The notes below the pieces were generated by a model. It searched no databases, was not told the origin of the DNA, and saw nothing but the letters and a program-made list of their open reading frames with translations. Position numbers and translations under genes: made by a program. 29,142 nt of DNA from the NCBI GenBank assembly GCA_025350775.1, contig JANXXF010000192.1, positions 1-29,142 on the forward strand. The letters run 5' to 3'. The stretch is from Actinomycetes bacterium. Its GTDB lineage: Bacteria > Actinomycetota > Thermoleophilia > Gaiellales > Gaiellaceae. Positions 15,220-25,186 of the stretch are shown here, in pieces. Positions within the stretch are counted from its first letter, which is position 1. The number at the start of each line of letters is the position of its first letter.

Positions 15220-17112
15220 ATGGCGTCTCCTCTGCCGCCGCTCGAAAGACGTCGGCCGCGACGGGGCTCGCTCGACCGCCCCGTGAGTGGACGGCTCTAC
15301 CGGGCCGCCTTCCTGCTCGTCCTGATTCCCGTCCTGGCGCTCGCGCTCACGGTGCGGCGCCCGCTCGCGCTGACGCCCCCTCGGCTGCCGGCCACATTCG
15401 ATCAGCTCGCCGCGGCCCGGTCGGCCCGCGAGCTGGCAACGCTCTACCCCGACCGGACACCGGGCTCGGCGGGCGCGGCTGGCGCGTTACGCTGGACACA
15501 GGCCAGGTTCGGCGAGTACGGCTTCGTGCCGACTGCCGACCGCTTCTCGGCCAGGCTGCCGGGACTCGGCCGGCGCACGCTCGTGAACCTGGTCGCGATT
15601 GCGCCGGGGCGCACCGGCCAGGCGATCGTGGTTGCCGCCCACCGCGACAACGACGGCGTTGGCCCGGGCGCGAACGACAACGCCTCCGGCACGGCAGCAT
15701 TGCTCGAGCTCGCCCGCTCGTACGGCAGCGGCCCGACCGGGCCCGCGCGCGGCGAGGCACCCGCACACACCATCGTCTTCCTCTCGACCGATGGCGGCAC
15801 GAGCGGCTCGCTGGGTGCCGCGCGCTTCGCCGCCGACCCGCGCTGGCGGCGGCGGGTGATCGCCGTCATCAACCTCGACACGATCGCCGGCAGGCAGGGC
15901 ATCCGCATCGAGCTGAGCGGCGACCGCGCCCGCTCCCCGGCGCCCTCGCTGGTGCAGACGGCCGCCGCTCGCATGGCCGAGCAGATCGGCCGGCAGCCGC
16001 GCCACACAGGTGCCTTCGGCCAGCTCCTCGACCTCGCGTTCCCGTACAGCCTCTACGACCAGGCGCCGTTCGTCGGTCGTGGCATCCCGGCGATCACGCT
16101 AACAACCGCCGGCGTACGCCCGGCCAACGCCTTCGACGACACGCCGGAACGGCTGAGCGTCCCAGCGCTCGGCGCGGTCGGCCGGGGTACGCAGCAGCTC
16201 GTGGAGTCCCTCGACCAGGGCCTCGAGATCGCCCGCGGCACGTCCAGCTACATCTGGCTCGGTGCGCGCACCGTGAAGGGCTGGGCGATCCAGCTGCTGC
16301 TTGTGACGCTGCTCCTGCCGTTCCTCGCCGCGATCGTCGACCTCACCGCCCGCTGTCGGCGGCTCCGCGTCAGGCTTGCGCCGTCGCTGCGCGCGTATCG
16401 CAGCCGCCTTGGGGTATGGCTCTGGCTGGGGGCGCTCTTCGAGATCTTCCGGCTAGTCGGAGTGTGGCCCGTCGGCGAGCCACGGCCGGTCGACCCGGCG
16501 AGCGCGGCCGCGGGAGACTGGAACGTGCTGGGGCTCGTGTTGCTCGGCGTGCTGGGTGCCGTGGGCTGGCTCGTCGGGCGCGAGCGCCTACGCGTCCACC
16601 GCGCCCTGCTTGCCGAGGAGGAGCTCGCAGGATATGCCGGCGTCTTCCTTGCACTCGGGCTGATCGCGATCCTCACGCTCGCGATCAACCCCTACTCGGT
16701 GCTGTTCCTGTTGCCGTCCCTGCACACCTGGCTCTGGCTGGCGCAGGCACGCGACCGGCGTCTCGTGCGGGCGGGGCTGCTCGCCCTCGGCCTCGCTGGG
16801 CCGGCGGTCGTCGTCGTCTCGCTCGCGGTGCGCTTCGAGCTCGGTCTCGACGCCCCCTGGTACCTGCTCGTGCTGGGCGGTGTCGGGCGGCTGCCGCTCG
16901 CCGGAATCGCGCTGACGCTGGCCTGGTGCGCGGCCTTTGCCCAGCTCGTCGCACTTGAGACCGGCCGCTACGTGCCGTATCCACGACAGCACGAGCGCGG
17001 CCTCGGGCCGTTCCGGCGCACGCTGCGCGCAGCAGTCCGGGCACGGCGGCGCCGCTTGGGGCTGCGGGTCGACCGCAGCGGGGCGACCGCCCGCCGTCAG
17101 GGCAGGCGGTAG
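15220..17112 (+). CDS. M28 peptidase-fold domain fused to a multi-TM C-terminal region, probably catalytically degenerate
   Basis: N-terminal TM; AAHRD, GANDNASG and INLD present; FLSTDGGTSG replaces the EE motif; about 7-8 C-terminal hydrophobic helices. Confidence 0.8.
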   Translation: MASPLPPLERRRPRRGSLDRPVSGRLYRAAFLLVLIPVLALALTVRRPLALTPPRLPATFDQLAAARSARELATLYPDRTPGSAGAAGALRWTQARFGEYGFVPTADRFSARLPGLGRRTLVNLVAIAPGRTGQAIVVAAHRDNDGVGPGANDNASGTAALLELARSYGSGPTGPARGEAPAHTIVFLSTDGGTSGSLGAARFAADPRWRRRVIAVINLDTIAGRQGIRIELSGDRARSPAPSLVQTAAARMAEQIGRQPRHTGAFGQLLDLAFPYSLYDQAPFVGRGIPAITLTTAGVRPANAFDDTPERLSVPALGAVGRGTQQLVESLDQGLEIARGTSSYIWLGARTVKGWAIQLLLVTLLLPFLAAIVDLTARCRRLRVRLAPSLRAYRSRLGVWLWLGALFEIFRLVGVWPVGEPRPVDPASAAAGDWNVLGLVLLGVLGAVGWLVGRERLRVHRALLAEEELAGYAGVFLALGLIAILTLAINPYSVLFLLPSLHTWLWLAQARDRRLVRAGLLALGLAGPAVVVVSLAVRFELGLDAPWYLLVLGGVGRLPLAGIALTLAWCAAFAQLVALETGRYVPYPRQHERGLGPFRRTLRAAVRARRRRLGLRVDRSGATARRQGRR

Positions 17113-18293
17113 TAGGCAGCCGTCGAACCTGCGGCCAGCTCGCCCTCACCGGCGGGAACCCACACCAGCGCATCCGCCTCGGCAGCGCGGGCGATCATGT
17201 GCGAGCCCTGGCCGCGGAGCGGCTCCAGTACGACGGCGCCGGCGTCGAGGTCGACGCGGGTACGGGCACGCACGAGCTCGTCGCGTGGGCCCCGCCTGAC
17301 CGCGACAGCGAGCCTGCCGGGCTCGAACCGTGGCAGCGGGCGCGCGAGCCCCTGCAGCGCGAGCAGCGCAGGCCGGACGAACAGCTCGAAGCTGACAAGC
17401 GCGGAGACCGGGTTGCCCGGCAGCCCGAAGACAAGCGTCGCGCCGCGCACCCCGAACGCCACCGGCTTGCCCGGCTTGACCGAGACCCGCCAGAAGACCT
17501 CCTCGACGCCGAGCTCGGCCTCGACGCGGCGCACGAGGTCGTGAGGCCCGACGGAGACGCCGCCGGAAGTGACGAGGACGTCGTAGGCGAGGCCCTGCTC
17601 GATCGCCGCCCGGTGCGCCGGCTCGTCGTCAGCGACGGCGGGCAGGCAGACCACCTCGCAGCCGGCGGCGGCAGCCTGTGCCGCCAGGATGCTGCCGTTC
17701 GCCTCGTACACCTGGCCCGGGCCGAGCGGTACGCCGGGTGGGACGAGTTCGGTGCCGGTAGTGAGGATGGCCACTCGAGGCCGACGGGCGACGGCCACCT
17801 CGGCAACGCCGGCCGCGGCGAGCGCGCCGATGCCCGCCGGCGTCAGCCGGACGCCAGACGGGACGACGACGTCGCCCTCGCGCAGGTCGCCGCCCCGGCT
17901 GCGGATGTTCGAGCCGATCGGCACATTTTCTTTCACCGACACGCTGTTGTCTCTTGTGACAACAACTTCGATCGGGACGACAGCGTCGCAGCCTTCCGGA
18001 ACGACGCCGCCGGTCGAGATCGCCATCGCCTCGCCCGACGCCAGCGGTCGTGGGCTCGGCAGACCGGCAGCGATGTGGAAGCCGATCGGCAGCATGCCCG
18101 GCGTGTCCGCCGAGCGCAGCGCATAGCCGTCCATCGCGGAGCTCGGGAACGGGGGCAGGTCGGTGCGGGCGAGCGCCGGCTCCGCCACCACGCGACCCGC
18201 GGCGGCGGCCACCGGTACGCGCTCGGCAGGCAACGGCCGCGCGCGCGCGAGCACGAGCTGTTGCGCTTCGGCGACGCTGGGGAGTGCATCCAT
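17097..18293 (-). CDS. moeA: Molybdopterin molybdotransferase MoeA (gephyrin-like)
   Basis: PPFPSSAMDGYA, STGG, TGTEL, TSGGVSVG, KPGKP and GLPGNPVSA motifs. Confidence 0.96.
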   Translation of the reverse strand: MDALPSVAEAQQLVLARARPLPAERVPVAAAAGRVVAEPALARTDLPPFPSSAMDGYALRSADTPGMLPIGFHIAAGLPSPRPLASGEAMAISTGGVVPEGCDAVVPIEVVVTRDNSVSVKENVPIGSNIRSRGGDLREGDVVVPSGVRLTPAGIGALAAAGVAEVAVARRPRVAILTTGTELVPPGVPLGPGQVYEANGSILAAQAAAAGCEVVCLPAVADDEPAHRAAIEQGLAYDVLVTSGGVSVGPHDLVRRVEAELGVEEVFWRVSVKPGKPVAFGVRGATLVFGLPGNPVSALVSFELFVRPALLALQGLARPLPRFEPGRLAVAVRRGPRDELVRARTRVDLDAGAVVLEPLRGQGSHMIARAAEADALVWVPAGEGELAAGSTAAYYRLP

Positions 18294-18410
18294 TGCGAGC
18301 AAGGGTATCGCCCGCGGGAGGGGTGCCCGCCCGCAGGCCCACAGGGCCGGCGCCGGCCGCCGGTCCGATCACGAGATGACGCCGCCGCCCCGGACGGGTA
18401 CCCTCGCGCC

Positions 18411-19349
18411 GTGATCTCCGTCGTCGTGCCGCTCCGCGACGAGGAGCTGACGGTCGCGCTCCTCTACGACGAGCTCCTCGCCGTCCTCGAGCCCCTGGGC
18501 CAGCCCTGGGAGGTCGTGTACGTGGACGACGGCTCGCGCGACGGCTCCTGGGCCGCCCTCACGCTGCTGCACGCCGACCGCGACAACGTCCGCGTGGTGC
18601 GCCTGCGCCGCAACTTCGGCAAGGCGACGGCACTCCAGGCCGGCTTCGCCCAGGCGGAGGGCGATGTGATCGTGACGATGGACGCCGACCTCCAGGACGA
18701 CCCTGCCGAGATCCCGCGCCTGCTCGCCAGGCTCGAGGAGGGCTACGACCTCGTCTCCGGCTGGAAGACGCGACGGCGCGACCCACTGTCACGGCGCCTC
18801 GTCTCGAAGATCTTCAACACCGTCACCGGCTGGCTCTCGGGCGTGCCGTTGCACGACATGAACTGCGGGCTGAAGGCCTACCGCGCCGATGTCGTCCGTG
18901 GCCTGCGGCTGTACGGCGAGCTGCACCGCTTCATCCCCGTGCTCGCGCACCACCGCGGCTTCCGGGTCACCGAGCTGGCCGTCAACCACCGGGCACGCGA
19001 GCACGGTCGCTCCCGCTACGGGCTGGAGCGTTACCTCCGCGGCTTCCTCGACCTGCTCACCGTCTCGTTCCTCGGGCGCTACCGGACACGGCCGCTCCAC
19101 CTGTTCGGCGGGCTCGGGCTGGTGCTCGGCGCGCTCGGCTCCGGCGTGCTGCTGTACCTGACCGTGATCAAGATCGGCGGCGCCTCGATCGGCGGACGCC
19201 CGCTGCTGATCCTCGGCGTGCTGCTCGTGGTCGTCGGGCTCCAACTCTTCTCGCTCGGGCTGATCGCGGAGATGGTCACGCGCCAGCACGAGGAGCGCAC
19301 CAGCGTCGAGGAACGAACCCAGCAGCACGTCGAAGAAGTCCTCCTGTAG
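18411..19349 (+). CDS. GT2 polyprenol-phosphate glycosyltransferase (ArnC/GtrB/DPM-like)
   Basis: ISVVVP..DE, VDDGSRD, RNFGKATAL, MDADLQDDP, DMNCGLKAYR, HRFIP and two C-terminal TMs. TACCCT 6 nt before GTG 18411. Confidence 0.93.
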   Translation: MISVVVPLRDEELTVALLYDELLAVLEPLGQPWEVVYVDDGSRDGSWAALTLLHADRDNVRVVRLRRNFGKATALQAGFAQAEGDVIVTMDADLQDDPAEIPRLLARLEEGYDLVSGWKTRRRDPLSRRLVSKIFNTVTGWLSGVPLHDMNCGLKAYRADVVRGLRLYGELHRFIPVLAHHRGFRVTELAVNHRAREHGRSRYGLERYLRGFLDLLTVSFLGRYRTRPLHLFGGLGLVLGALGSGVLLYLTVIKIGGASIGGRPLLILGVLLVVVGLQLFSLGLIAEMVTRQHEERTSVEERTQQHVEEVLL

Positions 19350-20452
19350 TGGATCGACCCGTGCGCGTCCTCACCTTCGGGACGTACGAGCGCGACTACC
19401 CGCGGAACGCGCAGGTCACGGCCTGCCTGCGCGGCGCCGGGGTCGAGGTGGTCGAGCGGCACATCCCCGTCTGGGAGGGGCAGGAGCACAAGTGGGCGGT
19501 TGGGCCTGCGGCAGCGCTGCGGCTGCTCGGCGCCGAGGCACGGCTGCTGGTGCCGCCCCGGGTCGCCTTCGACGTCGTGCGGGTCGGCTACCCGGGGCAC
19601 CTCGATCTGGCCGCGGCGAAGCTCGCTGCGCGCGGCCGGCCCGTTGTCTTCGACCCGCTCGTGTCCCTCTCCGACTCGTTCGTCGCCGACCGCGGACGCT
19701 TCCGGCCAGGCTCGCTCGCGGCCCGCGCCCTGCTCGCGATCGACCGCGCCGCACTCCGCGCCGCCGACCTCGTGATCGCCGATACCGAGGCGCACGCCGA
19801 CTTCCTGGCCGAGCTCGGCGGCATCGCCCGCGAGCGCGTCGCCGTCTGCCTCGTTGGCGCCGAGGAGCGCGTCTTCGGGCCGGGCTGGAACCCTGCCGAG
19901 CCATTCCACGCGCTCTTCGTCGGCAAGCTGATCCCGCTGCACGGGCTGGAGACGATCGTCGCCGCCGCCCGCCTCGCGCCCGAGGTGCCGTTCCGCATCG
20001 TCGGCTCCGGCCAGCTCGAGTCGGCGCTGGCCGACCCGCCCGCAAACGTCCGGCGTCTGCCCTGGGTCGACTACGCCGACCTACCCGGCGAGCTCCATGC
20101 CGCCGGCTGCGCCCTCGGCATCTTCGGCGGCTCCGCAAAGGCCGCCCGCGTCATCCCCAACAAGGCGTACCAGGCGCTCGCCTGCGGCACGCCGCTCGTC
20201 ACCGGCGATACCCCCGCGGCTCGCGAACTGCTCGTTGACGGCGAGAGCGCGCTGCTCGTGCCGCCCGGCGACCCCGCCGCGCTGGCCGCCGCGGTGCGGC
20301 GGCTCGCCGGCGACACGGCGCTGCGCGCGCGGATCGCTGCGGGCGGCCACGCCGTCTACCGGCTGCGGGCGAGCGAAGAGGTGCTCGGCAGACGCTGGCG
20401 CGGCCTGCTGGAGGAGCTCGTCGCCGGGCGTGCGGCAGGGGCGAGGCGGTGA
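19349..20452 (+). CDS. GT4-family (GT-B) glycosyltransferase
   Basis: FVGKLIPLHGLETI, IVGSG, IPNKAYQALACGTPLVT and LLVPPGDPAALA motifs. Confidence 0.9.
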   Translation: MDRPVRVLTFGTYERDYPRNAQVTACLRGAGVEVVERHIPVWEGQEHKWAVGPAAALRLLGAEARLLVPPRVAFDVVRVGYPGHLDLAAAKLAARGRPVVFDPLVSLSDSFVADRGRFRPGSLAARALLAIDRAALRAADLVIADTEAHADFLAELGGIARERVAVCLVGAEERVFGPGWNPAEPFHALFVGKLIPLHGLETIVAAARLAPEVPFRIVGSGQLESALADPPANVRRLPWVDYADLPGELHAAGCALGIFGGSAKAARVIPNKAYQALACGTPLVTGDTPAARELLVDGESALLVPPGDPAALAAAVRRLAGDTALRARIAAGGHAVYRLRASEEVLGRRWRGLLEELVAGRAAGARR

Positions 20453-20484
20453 GCCCGCCGGTGAGCCCGCCGGTGAGCGCGCCG
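20449..20484 (+). repeat. 12-bp tandem repeat x3 at the DUF2079 start
   Basis: gtgagcccgccg gtgagcccgccg gtgagcgcgccg; each unit begins with an in-frame GTG. Confidence 0.8.
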
Positions 20485-21981
20485 GCCGGGACAGCCGTCG
20501 CAGCGCAGGCCCGGCGCGGCCGGGTGGCTAAACAGGCCCTGCGGGCAGCACGCCAGCTCGCCGCGCCGCGCTCGCTGCTGTGGGCTGCAATGGCCGCCTA
20601 CGCGCTCGGCTTCTCCGTCCTCTCCGTGCTGCGCCACGACGCGTACAACACCGGTCGCTTCGACCTGGGAAACATGGTGCAGGCGGTCTGGTCGACCGCA
20701 CACGGCCACCCCCTGCGCATGACCAGCCTCCAGGGCGACCAGATCTCGCGGCTCGCCGCACACGTTGACCCGATCCTCGTCCTCTTCGCGCCGCTGTGGC
20801 TCGCCTGGCCGAGTCCTGACCTGCTCGTCGTCGTGCAGGCCGCCGCGCTCGCGCTGGGCGCGCTGCCGGTCTTCTGGCTGGCCCGCAAGCACCTCGGCTC
20901 GGAGCGGGTTGCGCTGGCCTTCGCCCTGGCATACCTCCTGCAGCCCGCCGTGCAGTGGCTCACGCTCAACGAGTTCCACCCGGTCGCGCTGGCGACGCCG
21001 CTGCTGCTCTTCGCGTTCTGGTGGCTCGACGAGGACCGGCTGCTGCCATTCGCGGTCGTCGCGGTGCTCGCCTGCGCCACCAAGGAGGAGATCCCCCTGG
21101 CGGTGTGCGGGATGGGGCTCTGGTACGCGCTCTCGCGGCGACGCTGGCGTCCCGGCCTGCTGATAGCGCTCGTCGCACTGGCCTGGGCGTTGATCGCCGT
21201 CGAGGTCGTCATCCCGCACTTCAACGCCGGGGCGAGCTCCGAGTTCTACTCGCGCTACGGCGACGTCGGCGGCTCGCCCGGAGGCATCCTGAAGACCGCG
21301 GTCACCCACCCCCTGCGGATCGTCGAGCAGGCCTTCGACCACCAGGGCATCCGCTACCTCGCCCAGCTCGCGCTGCCCCTCGGAGTGCTCTGGGCGCTGT
21401 CGCCGCTCGCGCTGCTCGTCTCACTCCCCGACCTCGCGCTGAACCTGCTCTCGCACACCTCGACGCAGAGCTCGATCCACTTCCACTACACCGCCGGCGT
21501 CATCCCCGGTCTCGTCGTCGCCGCGGTGCTCGGGGCGGCCCGCCTGCGGCGCGCCCGGCCCGGCTGGCTCGTCGGGCTGGCGCCGGCACTCGTCGTCCTC
21601 GCGCTGGTCGCGAACTGGAACCTTGGCGCGATCCCGCTCTGGCGGGAGGTGTGGGGCGGGGAGAAGCTCGGCGCGTACGACACCCGCGTGTCCGACCACG
21701 ACCGCAGCGCCGACCGCGTCCTGCGCCAGGTGCCGGGCGACGCCGTCGTCAGCGCCACCAACTCGCTGGGCGCGCATCTCTCGGCGCGCCGGCGGATCCT
21801 CTCCTTCCCGCGGCTGCTGGACGCGACCTGGATCGCCGTCGACGAAACGAAGCTCTCGACGTACGACCGGCTGGTCGCGCTACCGTCGGCGCAGCGGCTC
21901 GTGACGCTGCGGCGCGACCCGCGCTGGCAGCTCGTCGCGAGCGAGGACGGCATCCTGCTGTTCCGGCGCGCGGCCGGCTAG
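20449..21981 (+). CDS. DUF2079-family multi-pass membrane protein (predicted GT-C-like)
   Basis: FDLGNMVQAVW, HVDPIL, NEFHP, KEE and FHY motifs with many TMs. Confidence 0.8.
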   Translation: MSPPVSPPVSAPAGTAVAAQARRGRVAKQALRAARQLAAPRSLLWAAMAAYALGFSVLSVLRHDAYNTGRFDLGNMVQAVWSTAHGHPLRMTSLQGDQISRLAAHVDPILVLFAPLWLAWPSPDLLVVVQAAALALGALPVFWLARKHLGSERVALAFALAYLLQPAVQWLTLNEFHPVALATPLLLFAFWWLDEDRLLPFAVVAVLACATKEEIPLAVCGMGLWYALSRRRWRPGLLIALVALAWALIAVEVVIPHFNAGASSEFYSRYGDVGGSPGGILKTAVTHPLRIVEQAFDHQGIRYLAQLALPLGVLWALSPLALLVSLPDLALNLLSHTSTQSSIHFHYTAGVIPGLVVAAVLGAARLRRARPGWLVGLAPALVVLALVANWNLGAIPLWREVWGGEKLGAYDTRVSDHDRSADRVLRQVPGDAVVSATNSLGAHLSARRRILSFPRLLDATWIAVDETKLSTYDRLVALPSAQRLVTLRRDPRWQLVASEDGILLFRRAAG

Positions 21982-23210
21982 AGCGGGACGGTCTGACACA
22001 GCAAGTACGCGCCCAGCACGAGTGCCAGCACGATCGCCGGCCCATCGTCCTCGGCCGCGGCCAGCGGTGTCGCCCAGAGCAGGTACCAGGGGGCAAGCAG
22101 CGGGGAGCAGAGCAGCAGCAGCAGGCTCGCGAGGCCGAGCCGGGCACGGCCCCGGACAGCACCGCGAACGAGTGGGACTGCCGCCGCGACCAGCGCGACC
22201 AGCGGCAGTGCTAGCGCCAGGCGATGCGGTACGCCAAGCTGCCCGAGCCGGTGCGTTATCGAGAAGCGCGTCTCGTTGTCGGCGTTGCGCGCAAGCGGGC
22301 CGAAGGCGCCGAGCCAGTGCCAGCCGTAGCGCCAGAGGGCGAGGCCGGCGATCAGCGCGGCGGCAGCCAGGAAGCCCGCAGCAGCCCGGCGCCGGACGGC
22401 CGATGGAGAGCCGCGTACGGCAAGCAGCCGCAGCGGCAGCAGCACGAGCGGCACCCATTTGACGAGCGCCACGACAGCCCAGCCCGCGCCCGCCACCAAC
22501 GGTCGGCGGGACGCGCCCGCGGCGAGGGCGGCAAGCAGGAGCGCCCCGACCCAGGCGTCGTTGTGGCCGGCGCCGGCAGCATGGATCGCGAGCAGCGGGC
22601 TCCAGCCGACGACGACCGCCGCCAGCGCGGGACGCCGCGAGAGCCGGGCTGCCAGGACGGCCGCGCCGACCATTCCCAACGCCGCGAGCGCCTTGTAGAG
22701 CCACGCCGCCACCGCGTGCGAGCCCCCCGAGACAAGCGCCAACGGCTCGGAGACGAGCGTGAAGGCGGGGCCGTATACCGAGGTTGTCTCGCGCCAGCTG
22801 GCGCCCATGTGGGCGAAGGCCGGGTCGAGCGGGAAGGCTGCCGGGACGTCCACGTAGGGGTTGCCGCCATGGACGACGGCGACGCGAGCGTAGTCCCAGT
22901 ACGTCCAGGCGTCGGTGGAGAGCAGGAGCGGCGCGGCCAGCGGCACGAGCTGGATGGCGACGGCGAGCCCCACTGCGACGCGCACCGGGATACGGCCGCG
23001 CGCTGCGGCGAGCACGGCCCAGGCGTAGGTGGCGAAGGCGGCCGCAAGCAGGCCGAGGAACACCCACGACCAGGCGCGGTCGCCCACGGGGTGGCCGCCG
23101 TTGCGGGGCACGAGCCGCGACGCCGCCGGCCACGCGACTGCGGCACAGCCAGCCACGAGCGCAACGACCACGAGCCCGGGCGCAGCGGGTGCCCAGACAC
23201 GGCGGCCCAC
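21978..23210 (-). CDS. MptA/MptB-like polyprenol-phosphomannose-dependent mannosyltransferase (GT-C)
   Basis: LSTDAWTY, GGNPY, SVYGP and GHND motifs with many TMs. Start moved to GTG 23210, 2 nt after the PBP stop. Confidence 0.78.
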   Translation of the reverse strand: MGRRVWAPAAPGLVVVALVAGCAAVAWPAASRLVPRNGGHPVGDRAWSWVFLGLLAAAFATYAWAVLAAARGRIPVRVAVGLAVAIQLVPLAAPLLLSTDAWTYWDYARVAVVHGGNPYVDVPAAFPLDPAFAHMGASWRETTSVYGPAFTLVSEPLALVSGGSHAVAAWLYKALAALGMVGAAVLAARLSRRPALAAVVVGWSPLLAIHAAGAGHNDAWVGALLLAALAAGASRRPLVAGAGWAVVALVKWVPLVLLPLRLLAVRGSPSAVRRRAAAGFLAAAALIAGLALWRYGWHWLGAFGPLARNADNETRFSITHRLGQLGVPHRLALALPLVALVAAAVPLVRGAVRGRARLGLASLLLLLCSPLLAPWYLLWATPLAAAEDDGPAIVLALVLGAYLLCQTVPL

Positions 23211-23212
23211 CG

Positions 23213-25186
23213 CTAGCCCTTCGCCGCAGCCATCAGCCGGCCGCGCCACGGACGATGCGAGGGCGGCGCCACGCGCGGGAAGGCCCGCCACGCCGAGCCG
23301 GCGAGCGCAGGCCGCACGAACCCGCTCCAGATCTCGGCCGGGAGCGTCCCGCCGGTGACGGGCTCACCGCGGACACTGCCCATGGCGATCTCGCCCTCCG
23401 GGTAGCCCACCCAGACGGCTGCCGCGAGGTCGGGCGTGTAGCCGACGAACCAGGCGTCGGCGTGCTTGTCGGTCGTGCCTGTCTTGCCGGCAACGGGTCG
23501 GCCGACGGCTGCACGGCGGCCGGTACCGCTGCGCACGTTCTCCCGCAGCACGCGCGTCACCTCGGCGGCGACAGCGGCCGGGAGGACCCGCACCGGGCTG
23601 CCCACCGCCCACGAGGCGGTGTCCCTGCGCCCGCTCGCCAGGCGTACCGCCCGCACAAGCACGGGCCGGTGGCGCACGCCGCCCGAGGCGATCGTTGCGT
23701 ACGCCGCCGCAAGGTCGAGCGGCGACACCGCAGCCGAGCCGAGGCCGATCGACGGCACCGCCGGCAGCTCGGAGCGCACACCGAGCCGCTGCGCCATCGC
23801 CGCCACCTGCTCCGGCCCGAGATCGACGGTCAGCCGGGCAAAGACGGTGTTGTCCGAGTGGACGAGCGCCCGGGCGATCGTGATCGGGCCGAGGTATGTG
23901 TGCTCGTAGGTGGACACCTGCCACGCTGGCGTGAACGGGTCGGGCTGGTAGCGGAACGGCGCCGACGGGTAGCGCGTCGCGTTGAGGTCGATGCCCTCCG
24001 AGACCGCCTCAGCGAGGACGAAGGCCTTGAAGGTGGAGCCTGCCTGCCGGCGCGCGGCAACGGTCAGGTCGAGCGCCGCCGGGCCACCGGGCGCCGGCGC
24101 CGAGACGAGGGCACGCACCGAGCCGGTCGCCGGGTCGACGGCCACGATGGCGGCGGCCGGATCCCCCGGCCGGCCGAGGACACGCCGCACCGCCGCGCGC
24201 CCGAGCCCTTGCAGCCGCGCCTCGATCGTCGTCTCCACCCGCAGGTCGCCGGCCCGCACCGTGGCCGCGCCGTACGCCTCGACGAGCAGGTCGCGCACCA
24301 CGCCCACGAGCGCCGCCTCGCCGGTTCCGTTCGCTGCGAGCCGTGGCCGTAGGGCGAGCGGCGCAGCGGCGGCTGCCGCTTCCTCGCGCAACGTGATGTC
24401 GCCGGCCTCGCGCATGGCTGCGAGCACGCGGGTGCGCCGCTCGACGGCGAGGTCGGGCCGCAGCAGCGGGTCGTACGCCGACGGCGCCTGCGGCAGGCCC
24501 GCCAGCAGCGCCGCCTGCGGCAGCGTCAGGTCGCGCGCGGCGACCGAGAAGTACGACTGCGCCGCCGCCTCCGCACCGTAGGCCCGGTTGCCGTAGTAGA
24601 CGACGTTGAGGTACTCCTCGAGGATCCTGTCCTTGCTCCAGCGCCGCGACAGCTTAACGGCGAGGCAGGCCTCGCGCACCTTGCGCGAGAGCGTCTGCTC
24701 GCGCGAGACGTAGAGGTTGCGGACGAGCTGCTGCGTGATCGTCGACCCGCCCTCGACGACCTTGCCCGCACGCACGTCGGCCCACAGCGCGCGCGCCACC
24801 CCGCGCACGTCGACGCCGCCATGGTTGTAGAAACGACGATCCTCGACGTCCACCGTCGCCTTGCGCAACCACGGGCTGACCGCCGCCAGGCCGACCGGCT
24901 GGCGATCGCGCTCGGCGGGTAGAACGCCGAGCGTGGCGCCATCCACAGCCAGCACCGGGGAGCTGCGCCCGAGCGGCACAGGCCGCAGCGCAGCGAGATC
25001 GCACGAGGAGCGGAACGCGGCGAACGCGCCGAGGCCGCCGGCGGCAACCCCACCTACCAAGATCAGCACGAGCGCCAGACCGGCGATCAGCAGCGTGCGG
25101 CGGCGGCGGCCGGTCGACCGGCGGCGGTTCCGGCGGCGGCGGCCCGACGTCGAAGGGAGGCCTCGCGGCCCCTGCCGCGCAGTCAC
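23213..25186 (-). CDS. Class A penicillin-binding protein (transglycosylase-transpeptidase)
   Basis: EDRRFYNHGGVD, GGSTITQQLVRN and RKVRE; transpeptidase motifs GSTFK, SDN and KTGT. Confidence 0.95.
   Translation of the reverse strand: MTARQGPRGLPSTSGRRRRNRRRSTGRRRRTLLIAGLALVLILVGGVAAGGLGAFAAFRSSCDLAALRPVPLGRSSPVLAVDGATLGVLPAERDRQPVGLAAVSPWLRKATVDVEDRRFYNHGGVDVRGVARALWADVRAGKVVEGGSTITQQLVRNLYVSREQTLSRKVREACLAVKLSRRWSKDRILEEYLNVVYYGNRAYGAEAAAQSYFSVAARDLTLPQAALLAGLPQAPSAYDPLLRPDLAVERRTRVLAAMREAGDITLREEAAAAAAPLALRPRLAANGTGEAALVGVVRDLLVEAYGAATVRAGDLRVETTIEARLQGLGRAAVRRVLGRPGDPAAAIVAVDPATGSVRALVSAPAPGGPAALDLTVAARRQAGSTFKAFVLAEAVSEGIDLNATRYPSAPFRYQPDPFTPAWQVSTYEHTYLGPITIARALVHSDNTVFARLTVDLGPEQVAAMAQRLGVRSELPAVPSIGLGSAAVSPLDLAAAYATIASGGVRHRPVLVRAVRLASGRRDTASWAVGSPVRVLPAAVAAEVTRVLRENVRSGTGRRAAVGRPVAGKTGTTDKHADAWFVGYTPDLAAAVWVGYPEGEIAMGSVRGEPVTGGTLPAEIWSGFVRPALAGSAWRAFPRVAPPSHRPWRGRLMAAAKG

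Noticed and set aside
13011-15250. MprA-type direct-repeat boxes before htrA or the regulator
   Set aside because: No TCTCAG-N5-TCTCAG-like pair seen in either upstream region.
17097-17112. 16-nt convergent overlap of the M28-fold gene and moeA
   Set aside because: Short tail-to-tail overlaps are common in compact GC-rich genomes; nothing suggests function.
17199-18410. Long N-terminal extensions in the ORF track (GT2 from 17199, DUF62 from 4564, hemC from 5770, hemA from 7443, MBL from 27630, PIG-V-like from 25915, SBP from 27789)
   Set aside because: They overlap other real genes; homology begins at internal starts that coincide with stop/start overlaps or -10 elements. These are not true fusions.
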